Notes: generated by a model not told the origin, from the sequence alone. 64,000 nt of DNA from Eoetvoesiella sp. (GCF_035555955.1 NZ_DATMGA010000028.1:106402-170401); one strand, 5' to 3'. Shown: positions 37,110 through 46,695, counted from the stretch's first letter. Numbers and translations: made by a program.

Positions 37110-38228
37110 TTAGGCCAGACACTGTTCTAAGCCCGAAGTAAAAATATCCTCGGGGAGTTTGCGACCAATAAATACCATTTTGGTATTGGGTTTTTCATTG
37201 GCAAACCAGGGTTTGCCGGGTTCGGCGCCCATCATCATGTGCACGCCCTGAAAGAGCATACGACGATTGATGCCTTTTAAGTACAGAATCCCTTTGTAGC
37301 GCAGGAGATCGGGGCCGTAGACCTGGATGATGCCGCCCAGGAAGTCTTCGAGGCGTTCCGGGTCGAACGGCTTGTTCGAGCGGAACACGAAGGCGCCGAT
37401 TTCGTCGTTGTGATGCGCGTGGTGGTGATCGTGATGATCGTGGTCGCAGCCGGGGCCGCATTCGCCCTCGTGGTCATGATCGTGATGTTCGTGCCCGTGA
37501 TCGTGGTGCCCGTGGCCATGGTCGTGGTCGTGCGCCGCATCGGGGTGTTCGTCGGCCAGGAATTCCGGGTCGATGTCCAGGATGGTGTTCAGGTTGAAGC
37601 CGCTGATGTCCAGCAGCGACTTGATCTCGGTTTCGCCGAAATGCACGGGCGTGATGGGCGCGCGCGGGTTGATGTGCACCAAGCGCGAACGCAGGGCGGC
37701 GTAGTCGGCTTCGTTGACCAGGTCTTTTTTGGAAACCAGGATGCGGTCGGCGAACCCGACCTGCTTTTGCGCTTCTTCTTGCTTGTCCAGCGTTTCCATG
37801 CCGTGCTTGGCGTCGACCACGGTAATGACGGAGTCCAGGCGATAGTACTGGGCGATGTCGTCGTCCATGAAGAAGGTTTGGCAGACGGGGCCTGGATTGG
37901 CCATTCCGGTGGTTTCGAGCACGATGCGCTCGAACTTGATGTCGCCGGCTTCGCGCCGGGCGCGCAGGTCGTTGAGCGCCTGCTGCAGGTCGCCGCGCAC
38001 GGTGCAGCAAACGCAGCCGTTGCTCAGTTCGACGATTTGTTCCTCGCCTTCCTGGACCAGCAGTTCGTGGTCGATGCTTTCGGGCCCGAATTCGTTTTCG
38101 ATGACGGCGATGCGCTGGCCGTGGTATTCGGTAAGAATACGTTTGAGCAGCGTTGTTTTACCAGCACCGAGAAAACCGGTTAATACAGTGACGGGAACCA
38201 TTTTTTCGAGGCTAAGGGCGGCATTCAT
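37110..38228 (-). CDS. COG0523 (CobW/YeiR/ZigA-type) metallochaperone GTPase with a His-rich tract
   Basis: P-loop GFLGAGKTTLL, CxCC motif GCVCCT and a long HDHDHGHGHHDHGHEHHDHDHEGECGPGCDHDHHDHHHAHH tract. Confidence 0.9.
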   Translation of the reverse strand: MNAALSLEKMVPVTVLTGFLGAGKTTLLKRILTEYHGQRIAVIENEFGPESIDHELLVQEGEEQIVELSNGCVCCTVRGDLQQALNDLRARREAGDIKFERIVLETTGMANPGPVCQTFFMDDDIAQYYRLDSVITVVDAKHGMETLDKQEEAQKQVGFADRILVSKKDLVNEADYAALRSRLVHINPRAPITPVHFGETEIKSLLDISGFNLNTILDIDPEFLADEHPDAAHDHDHGHGHHDHGHEHHDHDHEGECGPGCDHDHHDHHHAHHNDEIGAFVFRSNKPFDPERLEDFLGGIIQVYGPDLLRYKGILYLKGINRRMLFQGVHMMMGAEPGKPWFANEKPNTKMVFIGRKLPEDIFTSGLEQCLA

Positions 38229-38472
38229 TGTTGGACTCGCTTAACGCGGAACGAACATTGCAATGCGCTGTTTTAGCGACGACTACTTTATTCTTACCGC
38301 GTAAAAAAATACATAACGTGCGATTACAGCACAGCATACGCTTAAGAGCAAACTTTAGCGTTTCTCTTTGTATTTTAAGGGAAAATACTGACTGATCGCT
38401 GGCTTGCAGGGGGAACCCGGGGGCGGGCCGGTTTCGTGGCCGGGACTCGCTAATGATATGGGTTAACAGGCC

Positions 38473-38955
38473 CTAATGGGAGTGCGCAGCGGGATGGCCC
38501 CTCTGCTGGTGGCATTTGCCGCAAAGCGCGCGCACTTCGGTTTCGTGGCTGGCCAGCACAAAGCCTGCGCCGGCCACTTTTTTGGCAAGCCGGCGGCTGA
38601 GGTCGGGGTCGCTGAGCTCGGCCACCGCGCCGCATTGCGTGCAAATGACCAGAAGATCGTGGGGCTCGCCGCCGGCGTCCAGGCAGGCCGACCAGGCGTT
38701 TACGGCGTCCAGTCTATGGATGAGCCCTTCTTCGATAAGGAAATCCAGGGCGCGGTAGACCGTGGGCGGCGCCGCGCCGGGCTGCACGATGCGGATTTCA
38801 TCGAGCAGTTCGTAGGCCTTGACGCCGCGTTTTTGCCGCAGCAGGATTTCCAGGACTTTGCGCCGTATGGGCGTAAGGCGCTTGCCGCGCTGCAGGCACA
38901 GTTGCTCGGCGGTGTCGAGTTGTTCGGCAATGGAGGAAGTGCGGCTGGCGGACAT
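38473..38955 (-). CDS. zur: Fur family zinc uptake regulator Zur
   Basis: Fur-family architecture with TVYRALDFL (DNA-binding helix), CTQCG and CGKCH cysteine pairs. It lies next to znuCBA and a Zur-box palindrome. Confidence 0.85.
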   Translation of the reverse strand: MSASRTSSIAEQLDTAEQLCLQRGKRLTPIRRKVLEILLRQKRGVKAYELLDEIRIVQPGAAPPTVYRALDFLIEEGLIHRLDAVNAWSACLDAGGEPHDLLVICTQCGAVAELSDPDLSRRLAKKVAGAGFVLASHETEVRALCGKCHQQRGHPAAHSH

Positions 38956-39031
38956 ATGGAGTGCGGCGCTGGCGGTCGGTGAACGTGCTTTTTATAGCAG
39001 AAATACGGGGCCGCGGCTTGGGGCGGCTGTA

Positions 39032-39049
39032 GTTATGTTATAACATAAC
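39032..39049. promoter_or_regulatory. Zur box: perfect palindrome GTTATGTTATAACATAAC
   Basis: Read directly in the zur/znuC divergent intergenic region. It matches the proteobacterial Zur operator core (..TGTTATA.TATAACA..). Confidence 0.75.
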
Positions 39050-39258
39050 CCTTTTGCTTTTCCACCTTCCGGCAAAGCCTTTACCTGCACAGTTCGTTTT
39101 CCATGCCCCGTCCATTCAGGTCTTCCCGCGGTAAATCCCCGTACAGGGGGTCGGTGTTGCTGGCCTCCGGCGCCGAGCGTGTTGTCCGCGCCCTGGCGGC
39201 CTCGGCGTTCCTGTGGGCGCTGACGGGCTGGGCCATGGGGTGGTGGTAGGCAAGCATC

Positions 39259-39975
39259 ATGTCGCAACCGGTCATCGAATTCGATCAGGTATCGCTGGGC
39301 TGGCGCGATCGCGTTGCCCTGCGCGATGTCACGGGAACGTTTGCGCGCGGGTCGCTGACCGCGGTCGTCGGCCCCAACGGGGCGGGCAAGTCTACCTTGC
39401 TCAAGGCCATCATGGGGCAGCTCAGCCCCCTGCGCGGCCAGATACGGCTGGCCGGCGAGGCGCGCACCGAAATGGCCTGTCTGCCCCAGGCCGGCGAGCT
39501 GGACAAAACCTTTCCCATCAGCGTCTACGACCTGGTCGCCATGGGGGCCTGGCGCCGGGTGGGCGCCTGGCGACGCTTCAGCAAGCAAGAGCATGAACGC
39601 GTATTGCACGCCCTGGAAACCGTGGGGCTGGCCGATTTCGGCGCGCGCATCATCGGCACTTTGTCGGGCGGGCAGTTGCAGCGCGCCTTGTTTGCGCGGC
39701 TGCTTCTGCACGATGCGCATATCCTGCTGCTGGACGAGCCGTTCGCGGCGGTGGACCGCGCCACGACCGACGACCTCATGGAGCTGCTGCATACCTGGAA
39801 CAGCGAAGGACGCACGGTCATTGCGGTGCTGCACGACCTGGAAATGGTGCGCGCCGCATTCCCCGAGGCGCTGCTGCTGGCCGGGCAGGTGGTGGCGTGG
39901 GGCGACACGCCATCGGTGCTGACGCCTGAGAACCTGCATCTTGCGCGCCATTTGTGCGCGGGAGACTACTTATGA
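39259..39975 (+). CDS. znuC: Zinc ABC transporter ATP-binding protein ZnuC
   Basis: Walker A GPNGAGKSTLLK, signature LSGGQLQR and Walker B LLLDEPFAAVD, in the zur/znuB/znuA context. Confidence 0.88.
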   Translation: MSQPVIEFDQVSLGWRDRVALRDVTGTFARGSLTAVVGPNGAGKSTLLKAIMGQLSPLRGQIRLAGEARTEMACLPQAGELDKTFPISVYDLVAMGAWRRVGAWRRFSKQEHERVLHALETVGLADFGARIIGTLSGGQLQRALFARLLLHDAHILLLDEPFAAVDRATTDDLMELLHTWNSEGRTVIAVLHDLEMVRAAFPEALLLAGQVVAWGDTPSVLTPENLHLARHLCAGDYL

Positions 39976-40874
39976 GCTGGCTCGTCGACTGGCTGTTCGG
40001 GCCGTTCATGGATTTCGATTTCATGCGCCGCGCGCTGGCCGGCTCGCTGGCCCTGTCGTTTGCGGCCGGGCCGCTGGGCGTGTTCCTGGTGCTGCGCCGC
40101 ATGAGCCTCATGGGCGATGCCATGGCGCACGCCATCCTGCCCGGCGTTGCGGTGGGATTTCTTACCGCGGGCCTGTCGCTAAGCGCCATGACGGTGGGGG
40201 GCATGGTCACCGGCCTGGTGGTGGCGGTGCTGGCGGGCTTCGTGGCGCGCCTCACCCCTTTGCGCGAGGATGCCAGTTTTGCGGCGTTCTACCTGATTTC
40301 CCTGGGGCTGGGTGTGCTGCTGGTTTCGCTGCGCGGCTCCAACATGGACTTGATCCACGTGCTGTTCGGCACGGTGCTGGGGCTGGACGACGCCTCGCTG
40401 CTTTTGGTGACCATCAGCTCGAGCATTACGCTGGTCGTCATGGCGCTCATCTTCCGGCCGCTGGTGGTGGAGTGCCTGGATCCGGGCTTCCTGCGCGCCG
40501 AGCGCGGGGCCGGTTCCCTGAGCCATATGGTTTTCCTGGTGCTGCTGGTCATGACGCTGGTGGCGGGCTTCCAGGTGCTGGGCACTCTCATGGTGGTGGG
40601 CATCATGATGCTGCCGGCCACGGCGGCCCGCTTTTGGGTGCGTTCGGCCGGCCCGCAGATGATCCTGGCGGCGGCCATCGGCTCTTTGTCCTCGTACGCC
40701 GGCCTGCTGGTTTCGTATCGGGCCGATGTGCCGGCGTCGCCGGCCATCATCCTGGCGGCTGGGCTGGTCTATGTGCTGTCCGTGGTGCTTGGGCCGTATG
40801 GCGGGCTTTTGCAGGTGGCAAGGCAGGCGCAGGCCCGGCGCAGGCACTTGTCGAAGATTTCAGAGGGAAATTAG
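39972..40874 (+). CDS. znuB: Zinc ABC transporter permease ZnuB
   Basis: ATG 39972 overlaps the znuC stop (ATGA). FMRRALAGSLAL...MSLMGDAMAHAILPGVA is the ABC-3 family motif. Confidence 0.88.
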   Translation: MSWLVDWLFGPFMDFDFMRRALAGSLALSFAAGPLGVFLVLRRMSLMGDAMAHAILPGVAVGFLTAGLSLSAMTVGGMVTGLVVAVLAGFVARLTPLREDASFAAFYLISLGLGVLLVSLRGSNMDLIHVLFGTVLGLDDASLLLVTISSSITLVVMALIFRPLVVECLDPGFLRAERGAGSLSHMVFLVLLVMTLVAGFQVLGTLMVVGIMMLPATAARFWVRSAGPQMILAAAIGSLSSYAGLLVSYRADVPASPAIILAAGLVYVLSVVLGPYGGLLQVARQAQARRRHLSKISEGN

Positions 40875-40995
40875 GAGCCTAGGGCCTGTTTAGTGTTCGG
40901 GCCCTAGTTCAGTAGGCTTATGGCGCGAACGGCGTTCGTCCTGTAAATTTGCAACGCTTGTGTGTGGTTCTTATAAATTTGTGGTGTACATAGCC

Positions 40996-42009
40996 ATGGT
41001 TAAAGCGATGGTGCGAGGTTGTAACGTTTGCCGGCTGGCGGCCGCGGCGTTGCTGGTCATGGTCGCCGTCTCGGCGCAGGCTGCGGCGGGGGCCGCGACG
41101 GTGCTTGCGCCGCCGCTCAAGGTCGTGGCCAGTTTTTCCATCCTGGGCGATATGGTGCACCAGGTGGGGGGCGATCACATTGCCCTGACGACCATCGTGG
41201 GGCCCAATGCCGACGCGCATTCGTTCGAGCCCCGGCCCAGCGACGCCAAGGCGCTGGCCGAAGCGCAGGTCCTGGTCGTCAACGGCCTGAGTTTCGAGGG
41301 GTGGCTGCCCAGGCTGCTCAAGGCTTCGAACTTCAAAGGCGTCGAGGTGGTGGCTTCCGGGGGCGTGACGCCGCGCATGCTGAGCGCCGAGGAAATGGCC
41401 GATTACGCCGATCATCATGCTGCGCATGATCATGGCAAAGGCCACGATCCCGCCCATCCGGGAGCGGTCGACCCGCATGCCTGGCAAAGCCTTGCCAACG
41501 GCATCATCTACGTCAAGAACATTGCCGATGCGCTCATCAAGGCCGATCCGGCCAATGCGGGCGACTACCGCAGCCGTGCCGAGCTCTACATTTCCGAAAT
41601 GAAAAAGCTGGATGCCCAAATCCGCCAGGCCCTGGCAGGCATTCCGCCGGAGCGCCGCAGCGTGGTGACGTCGCACGACGCGTTCGGCTATTTTGGCCGC
41701 GATTACGGGGTGAAGTTCATTTCGGCCTTGGGCATATCCAGCGACGCCGAGCCGTCGGCGGCCGAGCTGGCCAAGCTGGTGCGCCAGGTCAGGAAAACCC
41801 GCAGCCCGGCGGTGTTCCTGGAAAACGTGACCAACCCGAAACTAGTGCGGCAGATCGCGCGTGAAACCGGAGCCAAGGTGGGCGGCACCTTGTATTCGGA
41901 TGCCCTGGCCAAGCCCGACGAACCCGCCGGCACCTACCTGGGCATGTTTTCCTGGAACGCCGGCCAGTTGATCTACGCGCTCAAGCCGGGCGAAGCCAAG
42001 AAAAAATAA
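40996..42009 (+). CDS. znuA: Zinc ABC transporter periplasmic binding protein ZnuA
   Basis: A signal peptide, SFSILGDMV, DAHSFEP and the His-rich loop DHHAAHDHGKGHDPAHPGAVDPHAW. The start could be 40996 or 41005. Confidence 0.88.
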   Translation: MVKAMVRGCNVCRLAAAALLVMVAVSAQAAAGAATVLAPPLKVVASFSILGDMVHQVGGDHIALTTIVGPNADAHSFEPRPSDAKALAEAQVLVVNGLSFEGWLPRLLKASNFKGVEVVASGGVTPRMLSAEEMADYADHHAAHDHGKGHDPAHPGAVDPHAWQSLANGIIYVKNIADALIKADPANAGDYRSRAELYISEMKKLDAQIRQALAGIPPERRSVVTSHDAFGYFGRDYGVKFISALGISSDAEPSAAELAKLVRQVRKTRSPAVFLENVTNPKLVRQIARETGAKVGGTLYSDALAKPDEPAGTYLGMFSWNAGQLIYALKPGEAKKK

Positions 42010-42143
42010 GGAACCTGGCGATTGCGTGCCTGGGGCGCTGCCCGCCGTATTCTCTTATGCTCCTGGATCGGGTTCGGGGCCGGGTTGCGTCCTTGGCTCA
42101 TGCCCGCGGCTAACAAGGCAGGGGAGGCGGGCGCGCGGGCGGA

Positions 42144-43187
42144 TCAGCCTTCCTTGCTTTTGCGGTTGGCACGGGGGTGGGCCTGATCGTAGGCCTTGGC
42201 CAGGTGCTGGAAGTCCAGGCGTGTGTAGATTTGCGTGGTGGAAATATTGGCGTGGCCCAGCATTTCCTGGACGGCGCGCAAATCCTGGGCCGACTGCAGG
42301 ACATGGCTGGCAAAACTGTGGCGCAGGCTGTGCGGATGCACATGCACGGGCAGGCCGGCAAGCGTGGCCAGTTTATTCAATTGCACCTGTACGACGCGCG
42401 GCGAAATGCGCTTGCCGCGCACGCCGAGGAACAGAGCGGCCGAGGCATCGATGGCCTCGAGGCTGGACTCGGCGCTTGGGACGGGCGTGGCGCCGGCCGT
42501 TGAGCCTGATTCCGAGTCCAGGCCGGGGGGCGATGGCGGGCCGGCGTACTCGGCCAGCTTGGCGCGCTCGTCCAGCCACTGGCGGACGGCCTGGACGGCC
42601 TTGGCCCCCAACGGCACGCTGCGGGTTTTATTGCCTTTGCCGCGAACTGTGGCTTCGGCTTCATCCAGTTGTATCCAGCTTTGCGATTCGTACCCGCCCT
42701 GACGGGTGTAGCGCCAGTCCAGGCTGACCAGTTCGGCCAGGCGCAGGCCGCTGGAGTAAAGCACTTCGAACATGGCCTGGTCGCGGCATTCCACAGGAGT
42801 TTTGGGGGAAGGCAGCCCAGGCCGGTCGAGCAGGGACTGAGCCTGTTCGACCGACAGCGCCTTGGGCAGGCTGCGCGGTACCTTGGGGGCGCGCACGCCC
42901 GCCGCGGGGTTGTGGCTCAGGCCGGCCGAGGGCGCCCACCATTGGAAGAAGCCGCGCCAGGCGGCCAGGGCGCGCGCCAGGCTGCGCGGCTTCAGGCCTT
43001 GCGCATGCAGCCTGGCCAGCGCCTGGCGGATATGGTTTTCGGTGAAATCCGGCAGGGGTGTGTCGGGCAGGATCTGCATCAAGTGGTGCAGATCCTGCCG
43101 ATAGCCTTGCAGGGTATGGCCGGAATAGCGCCGTTCGGCTTGCAGATGGACGAGCCATTGCTCCATCGGGGCAGGCAGCGCATGCAT
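42144..43187 (-). CDS. xerC: Tyrosine recombinase XerC
   Basis: The ATG at 43187 gives MHALPAPMEQWLVHLQAERRYSGHTLQGY. The C-terminus has HPHSLRHSFASHVL...LGHANISTTQIYT. It sits in dapF-DUF484-xerC synteny. Confidence 0.9.
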   Translation of the reverse strand: MHALPAPMEQWLVHLQAERRYSGHTLQGYRQDLHHLMQILPDTPLPDFTENHIRQALARLHAQGLKPRSLARALAAWRGFFQWWAPSAGLSHNPAAGVRAPKVPRSLPKALSVEQAQSLLDRPGLPSPKTPVECRDQAMFEVLYSSGLRLAELVSLDWRYTRQGGYESQSWIQLDEAEATVRGKGNKTRSVPLGAKAVQAVRQWLDERAKLAEYAGPPSPPGLDSESGSTAGATPVPSAESSLEAIDASAALFLGVRGKRISPRVVQVQLNKLATLAGLPVHVHPHSLRHSFASHVLQSAQDLRAVQEMLGHANISTTQIYTRLDFQHLAKAYDQAHPRANRKSKEG

Positions 43188-43201
43188 GGCCGATTCCCGT
43201 G

Positions 43202-43891
43202 TCAGGCTTCCCCGGACGGCTGGTCGGGGCTTTCGAGGCGGGTCAGGCTGGCGCTGGCCAGTTCGTTGATGGTGTCCAGGAAGGCCGTGCCCATGTCGGG
43301 GGTGAAGCGTTCGGCTTCGTTGGAGCCCAGGACCAGCAGGCCGAAGGGCTGGGCCCGGTTGCGGGGCTTGAGCGCCACGATGGCCAGCGAGGCGGGCGGC
43401 GTGCCCAGCCACGATGCGGCTTCTTGTTCCTTGAATGGCCCGCAGTACGGCTGCTGGAGTTCTTGCGCGTACTGGAGGATGCCGGGGGTGACGTCCTGGG
43501 TGAACTCGTTGTCGTCGCCCAAGGCGGGAAGATCCCACAGCCGCAGGGCGATGGCGGGCAGGTCGAAGAGGTCGCTGAGGCTGCGCACGATATGGCCGGG
43601 CAGGTTTTGCGGGTCAGGCTCGGCCAGCATGCGGCTGCACCACGCGGTCAGCGTCTTGCTGATCTTTTCATTGCCCGAAGCGTTATGGATAAGGCCCGAG
43701 AGCTTCCATTCCAGTTCCTTGGCCTTGGTTCTGAGCGTGAGGATTTGCCTTTCGCCCAGCGATATGGCGCGGGTTTCGTTGGGGTGCGGAACGCGCAGCG
43801 AAGAGAACAGGTCGGCGTGCTGCTGGAAGAAGTCGGGGTTTTCGGCAAGAAATACGGCGACGTCGTCGGCGGTGAGGTTGGCAGCGCTCAT
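43202..43891 (-). CDS. DUF484 family protein (YigA-like)
   Basis: [29 protein letters not shown] is the typical DUF484 N-terminus. The start overlaps the dapF stop. Confidence 0.8.
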   Translation of the reverse strand: MSAANLTADDVAVFLAENPDFFQQHADLFSSLRVPHPNETRAISLGERQILTLRTKAKELEWKLSGLIHNASGNEKISKTLTAWCSRMLAEPDPQNLPGHIVRSLSDLFDLPAIALRLWDLPALGDDNEFTQDVTPGILQYAQELQQPYCGPFKEQEAASWLGTPPASLAIVALKPRNRAQPFGLLVLGSNEAERFTPDMGTAFLDTINELASASLTRLESPDQPSGEA

Positions 43892-44781
43892 GGCTTGCTT
43901 GCATCCTTGAGTTTGAGTGACTGGGTAAGGGCGTCGATATCGATCTGGCCCGAGAAGACGGTGGCCGCGGGGCCGCTCATGCGCAGGCTGGAGCCGTTCC
44001 ATTCGATGGTGAGTGGGCCGCCGCGCGTGTGAACCAGAACCGGGCTGTCGAGCAGGCCGCGGCGTATGCCCGCGACGACGGCGGCGCACGCGCCTGTGCC
44101 GCAGGCCAGGGTTTCGCCCGCGCCGCGTTCGTAGACGCGCAGCTTGATGGTGTGCCGGTCGACGACCTGCATGAAGCCGGCGTTGACGCGCTGGGCGAAA
44201 CGCGGGTTGGATTCGATGAGCGGCCCGGTCTGGGCGACGGGGGCGGTGTCGACGTCGCCCACGACCTGGACGGCGTGGGGGTTGGAGATGGCCACCAGCG
44301 AAAGCTCGGGCGCGCTGCCGTCGGCAAGAGGCAGCGTCCAGAGCGTATCGTTGGCCATGGCGCGCGATTGCAGGCCTTGCGTATCGAAATGCACGTCGGC
44401 GGGCTCGAAACGGGTTTGCCCCATGTCGACGGCGACTTCGCCGGACTCGGATTCGCTGAGTACGATGAGGCCGGTGCAGATTTCGGCCCGCAGGGGGTTG
44501 CGTTTGGACAGGCCTTGTTCGTGCACGAAACGTACGAAGCAGCGTGCGCCGTTGCCGCAGTGCTCGACTTCGCCGCCATCGGCGTTGAAGACGCGGTAGC
44601 GGAAGTCGGCTTCCGGATGCAGTGGATTTTCGACCAGGAGGATTTGATCGGCGCCGACGCCGAAATGGCGGTCGGCCAGGGCGCGCGCGCGTTCGGGCGT
44701 GATTTCAATAGCTTGGCGCACGCCGTCGAGAACGACGAAGTCGTTGCCGGCGCCGTGCATTTTGGTGAAGTTCCAGATCAT
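43888..44781 (-). CDS. dapF: Diaminopimelate epimerase
   Basis: [13 protein letters not shown], and the catalytic Cys contexts HCGNGARC and ACGTGACA. Confidence 0.95.
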   Translation of the reverse strand: MIWNFTKMHGAGNDFVVLDGVRQAIEITPERARALADRHFGVGADQILLVENPLHPEADFRYRVFNADGGEVEHCGNGARCFVRFVHEQGLSKRNPLRAEICTGLIVLSESESGEVAVDMGQTRFEPADVHFDTQGLQSRAMANDTLWTLPLADGSAPELSLVAISNPHAVQVVGDVDTAPVAQTGPLIESNPRFAQRVNAGFMQVVDRHTIKLRVYERGAGETLACGTGACAAVVAGIRRGLLDSPVLVHTRGGPLTIEWNGSSLRMSGPAATVFSGQIDIDALTQSLKLKDASKP

Positions 44782-44853
44782 GGCTTGCCGCTGGGCTTGA
44801 ATATGTATATAGGAAACTTCGTTAGCTTAACAGGGGTGAGCGCATTATGGGGC

Positions 44854-45744
44854 TCAATAAGGCCTTGGCTCGCCTTCGGGGCGGGTCTTGAAGCGGCGGT
44901 GCACCCAGTAGTATTGGGCGGGATCGGGGCGCACCCAGGACTCGATGAGCTGGTTGAGGCGGGTGGTGGCTTGCTCCAGGGTCTGGTCGCCGGGGAAGTC
45001 TGTCAGCGGCGGCAGGACGTCGACCTGGTATTGGCCGGTTTCGGCGTTCAGGCGGCTGACGATGGGGACGACGGCGGCGTCCCAGTTTCTGGCGATCTGC
45101 GCGGTGGTGAGCAGGGTGGCGGCCTGGATGCCGAAGAAGGGCACGAAGGCGGCGCCGTCGAGGCCGAAGTCCATGTCGGGCAGGTAGTACACGGGTATGC
45201 CGGCCCGCAGTTGACGGATGAGGCCGCGTACGCCGTCGCGGCGGCTGATGAGGTGGACCGTGTTGAAGCGGCCGCGTCCTTCGCGCACGATGGTGTCGAC
45301 GTCGGCATTGCTTTGCGGTGTGTACAGGGTGGCGGATTCCTTCAGGAACAGGGTAAGGCGGGTGGCGGCGGCGTCCAGGCCGATGAAGTGCGGGGCCAGG
45401 AGAATGATGCGGCGCTTGGCCTTTAGCAGGGCGTCGAGGTGCTCAAGCCCGGTGATCTGCACGGTTTCCTGGATGCGTTCGGGCGAGCCGAACCAGATGA
45501 GGCCGCGGTCGATCATGGATTGGGCCAGTAGGCGGAAGTGGCGATCCAGCATGGCCTGGCGCTGCGGTTCGGAAAGGCCGGGAAAGCACAGCGCCAGGTT
45601 GGTGCGCACGATATGGGCGCGCGAGCGCAGCAGTCTGGACGACAGCCAGCCCAGTGCGCGGCCCCAGCGCAGGCGGGTGGCGTCGGAACAGCGGCCGAAA
45701 TACGAAAAGATCGAGGTCAGAAGCTTCTGTTTGTCGAGTCTCAT
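44854..45744 (-). CDS. lpxL: Lipid A biosynthesis lauroyl/myristoyl acyltransferase (LpxL/HtrB family), copy 1
   Basis: LAPHFIGLD (HX4D-type acyltransferase motif) and C-terminal QYYWVHRRFK. Tandem lpxL paralogs are known in Bordetella. Confidence 0.8.
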   Translation of the reverse strand: MRLDKQKLLTSIFSYFGRCSDATRLRWGRALGWLSSRLLRSRAHIVRTNLALCFPGLSEPQRQAMLDRHFRLLAQSMIDRGLIWFGSPERIQETVQITGLEHLDALLKAKRRIILLAPHFIGLDAAATRLTLFLKESATLYTPQSNADVDTIVREGRGRFNTVHLISRRDGVRGLIRQLRAGIPVYYLPDMDFGLDGAAFVPFFGIQAATLLTTAQIARNWDAAVVPIVSRLNAETGQYQVDVLPPLTDFPGDQTLEQATTRLNQLIESWVRPDPAQYYWVHRRFKTRPEGEPRPY

Positions 45745-45825
45745 GGGCTGGAATGCGGGTACAGGAAGAAACGTCTCGCGGCTCCGCCCCCGCCCGCATT
45801 TGGGGAGGCGGGGTTTTCGCGGGCC

Positions 45826-46695
45826 TTAGTTGCGCTTGCCATGCGGTTGTTCCGCGGAGGGCGGGGGCGGAGCCCCGGCCGGGGTTTTGTAGCGGTTGTA
45901 GCTCCATAGATACTGCGTGGGAAAGCGGCGTATCAGGGTTTCCATGGTCTGGTTGATGAGCGTGGCCTGTTCGACCGGGTCGGTAGGCAGAGGTTCGGGC
46001 AGGCGCACGTAATGGATGCGCCAGCCGCGGCCCGCGGGCAGGCGCTCGCCGGCGGTCAGGATGACGGCAACCCCCGTTTGTGCGGCCAGCTTGCCCGGCA
46101 GGGTCATGGTGTAGGCGGAGCGTCCGAAAAAAGGCGCCCAGACGCCATCGCCCTTGCCGGGGGCCTGGTCGGGCAGCATGCCCACGGACTCGCCGCGCTT
46201 GAGCGCCCGCACGAATTCGCGCACGCCCTGCATGGTGGCTGGTACGGCGCGCAGGGCCGACGTGTTGCGCGCGCTTTCCATGACGGGCGCCAGGATGGCT
46301 TTGCGCGGAGGGCGGAACATGACGGTGATGGGGCTGCGCAGGCTTACATAGCGCGCCGTGATTTCGAAGCAGCCCAGGTGGGGGGTAAGATACAGAATGC
46401 CGCGCCCTTCGGCCAAAGCCGCTTCGACCACGGCATTGTCGTCGCTGACGGTTTTGCCCAGGCTTTGTTCGTTGCGCAGCCAGACCTTGGGCAACTCCAG
46501 GATCATGGCGCCGGCCTGCGCGGCGGCTTGGCGGGCAAAGGCGGCGTCGGGGTAGCCGGCCTGGGCCGCATTGGCGCGCAAGCGCCGGCGGTACCGGCCC
46601 GGCCAGGCGTAGGCGATGCGCCCGCCGATTCGCCCCAGCCAATGCAGTATGGGCAGCGGCAGCCAGGCAAGCAGGCGAAACAAAGTCAATAGCAT
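45826..46695 (-). CDS. lpxL: Lipid A biosynthesis acyltransferase (LpxL/HtrB family), copy 2
   Basis: LTPHLGCFE motif and C-terminal QYLWSYNRYK. It is a paralog of the adjacent gene. Confidence 0.8.
   Translation of the reverse strand: MLLTLFRLLAWLPLPILHWLGRIGGRIAYAWPGRYRRRLRANAAQAGYPDAAFARQAAAQAGAMILELPKVWLRNEQSLGKTVSDDNAVVEAALAEGRGILYLTPHLGCFEITARYVSLRSPITVMFRPPRKAILAPVMESARNTSALRAVPATMQGVREFVRALKRGESVGMLPDQAPGKGDGVWAPFFGRSAYTMTLPGKLAAQTGVAVILTAGERLPAGRGWRIHYVRLPEPLPTDPVEQATLINQTMETLIRRFPTQYLWSYNRYKTPAGAPPPPSAEQPHGKRN

Noticed and set aside
37400-37560. CAC/GAC/CAT-rich tract resembling a microsatellite or simple repeat
   Set aside because: It is in frame within the COG0523 GTPase and encodes the His/Asp-rich metal-binding tract typical of this family. 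It is not an independent repeat element.
38992-39951. 319-aa minus-strand ORF across the zur/znuC intergenic region and znuC
   Set aside because: It is antisense to znuC and runs through the Zur-box region. It has a shadow-ORF composition.
42144-43187. Tyrosine recombinase as a marker of an integrative mobile element
   Set aside because: The dapF-DUF484-xerC synteny and the XerC-type motifs identify the housekeeping chromosome-dimer resolvase. No attachment site, tRNA or cargo boundary is evident.
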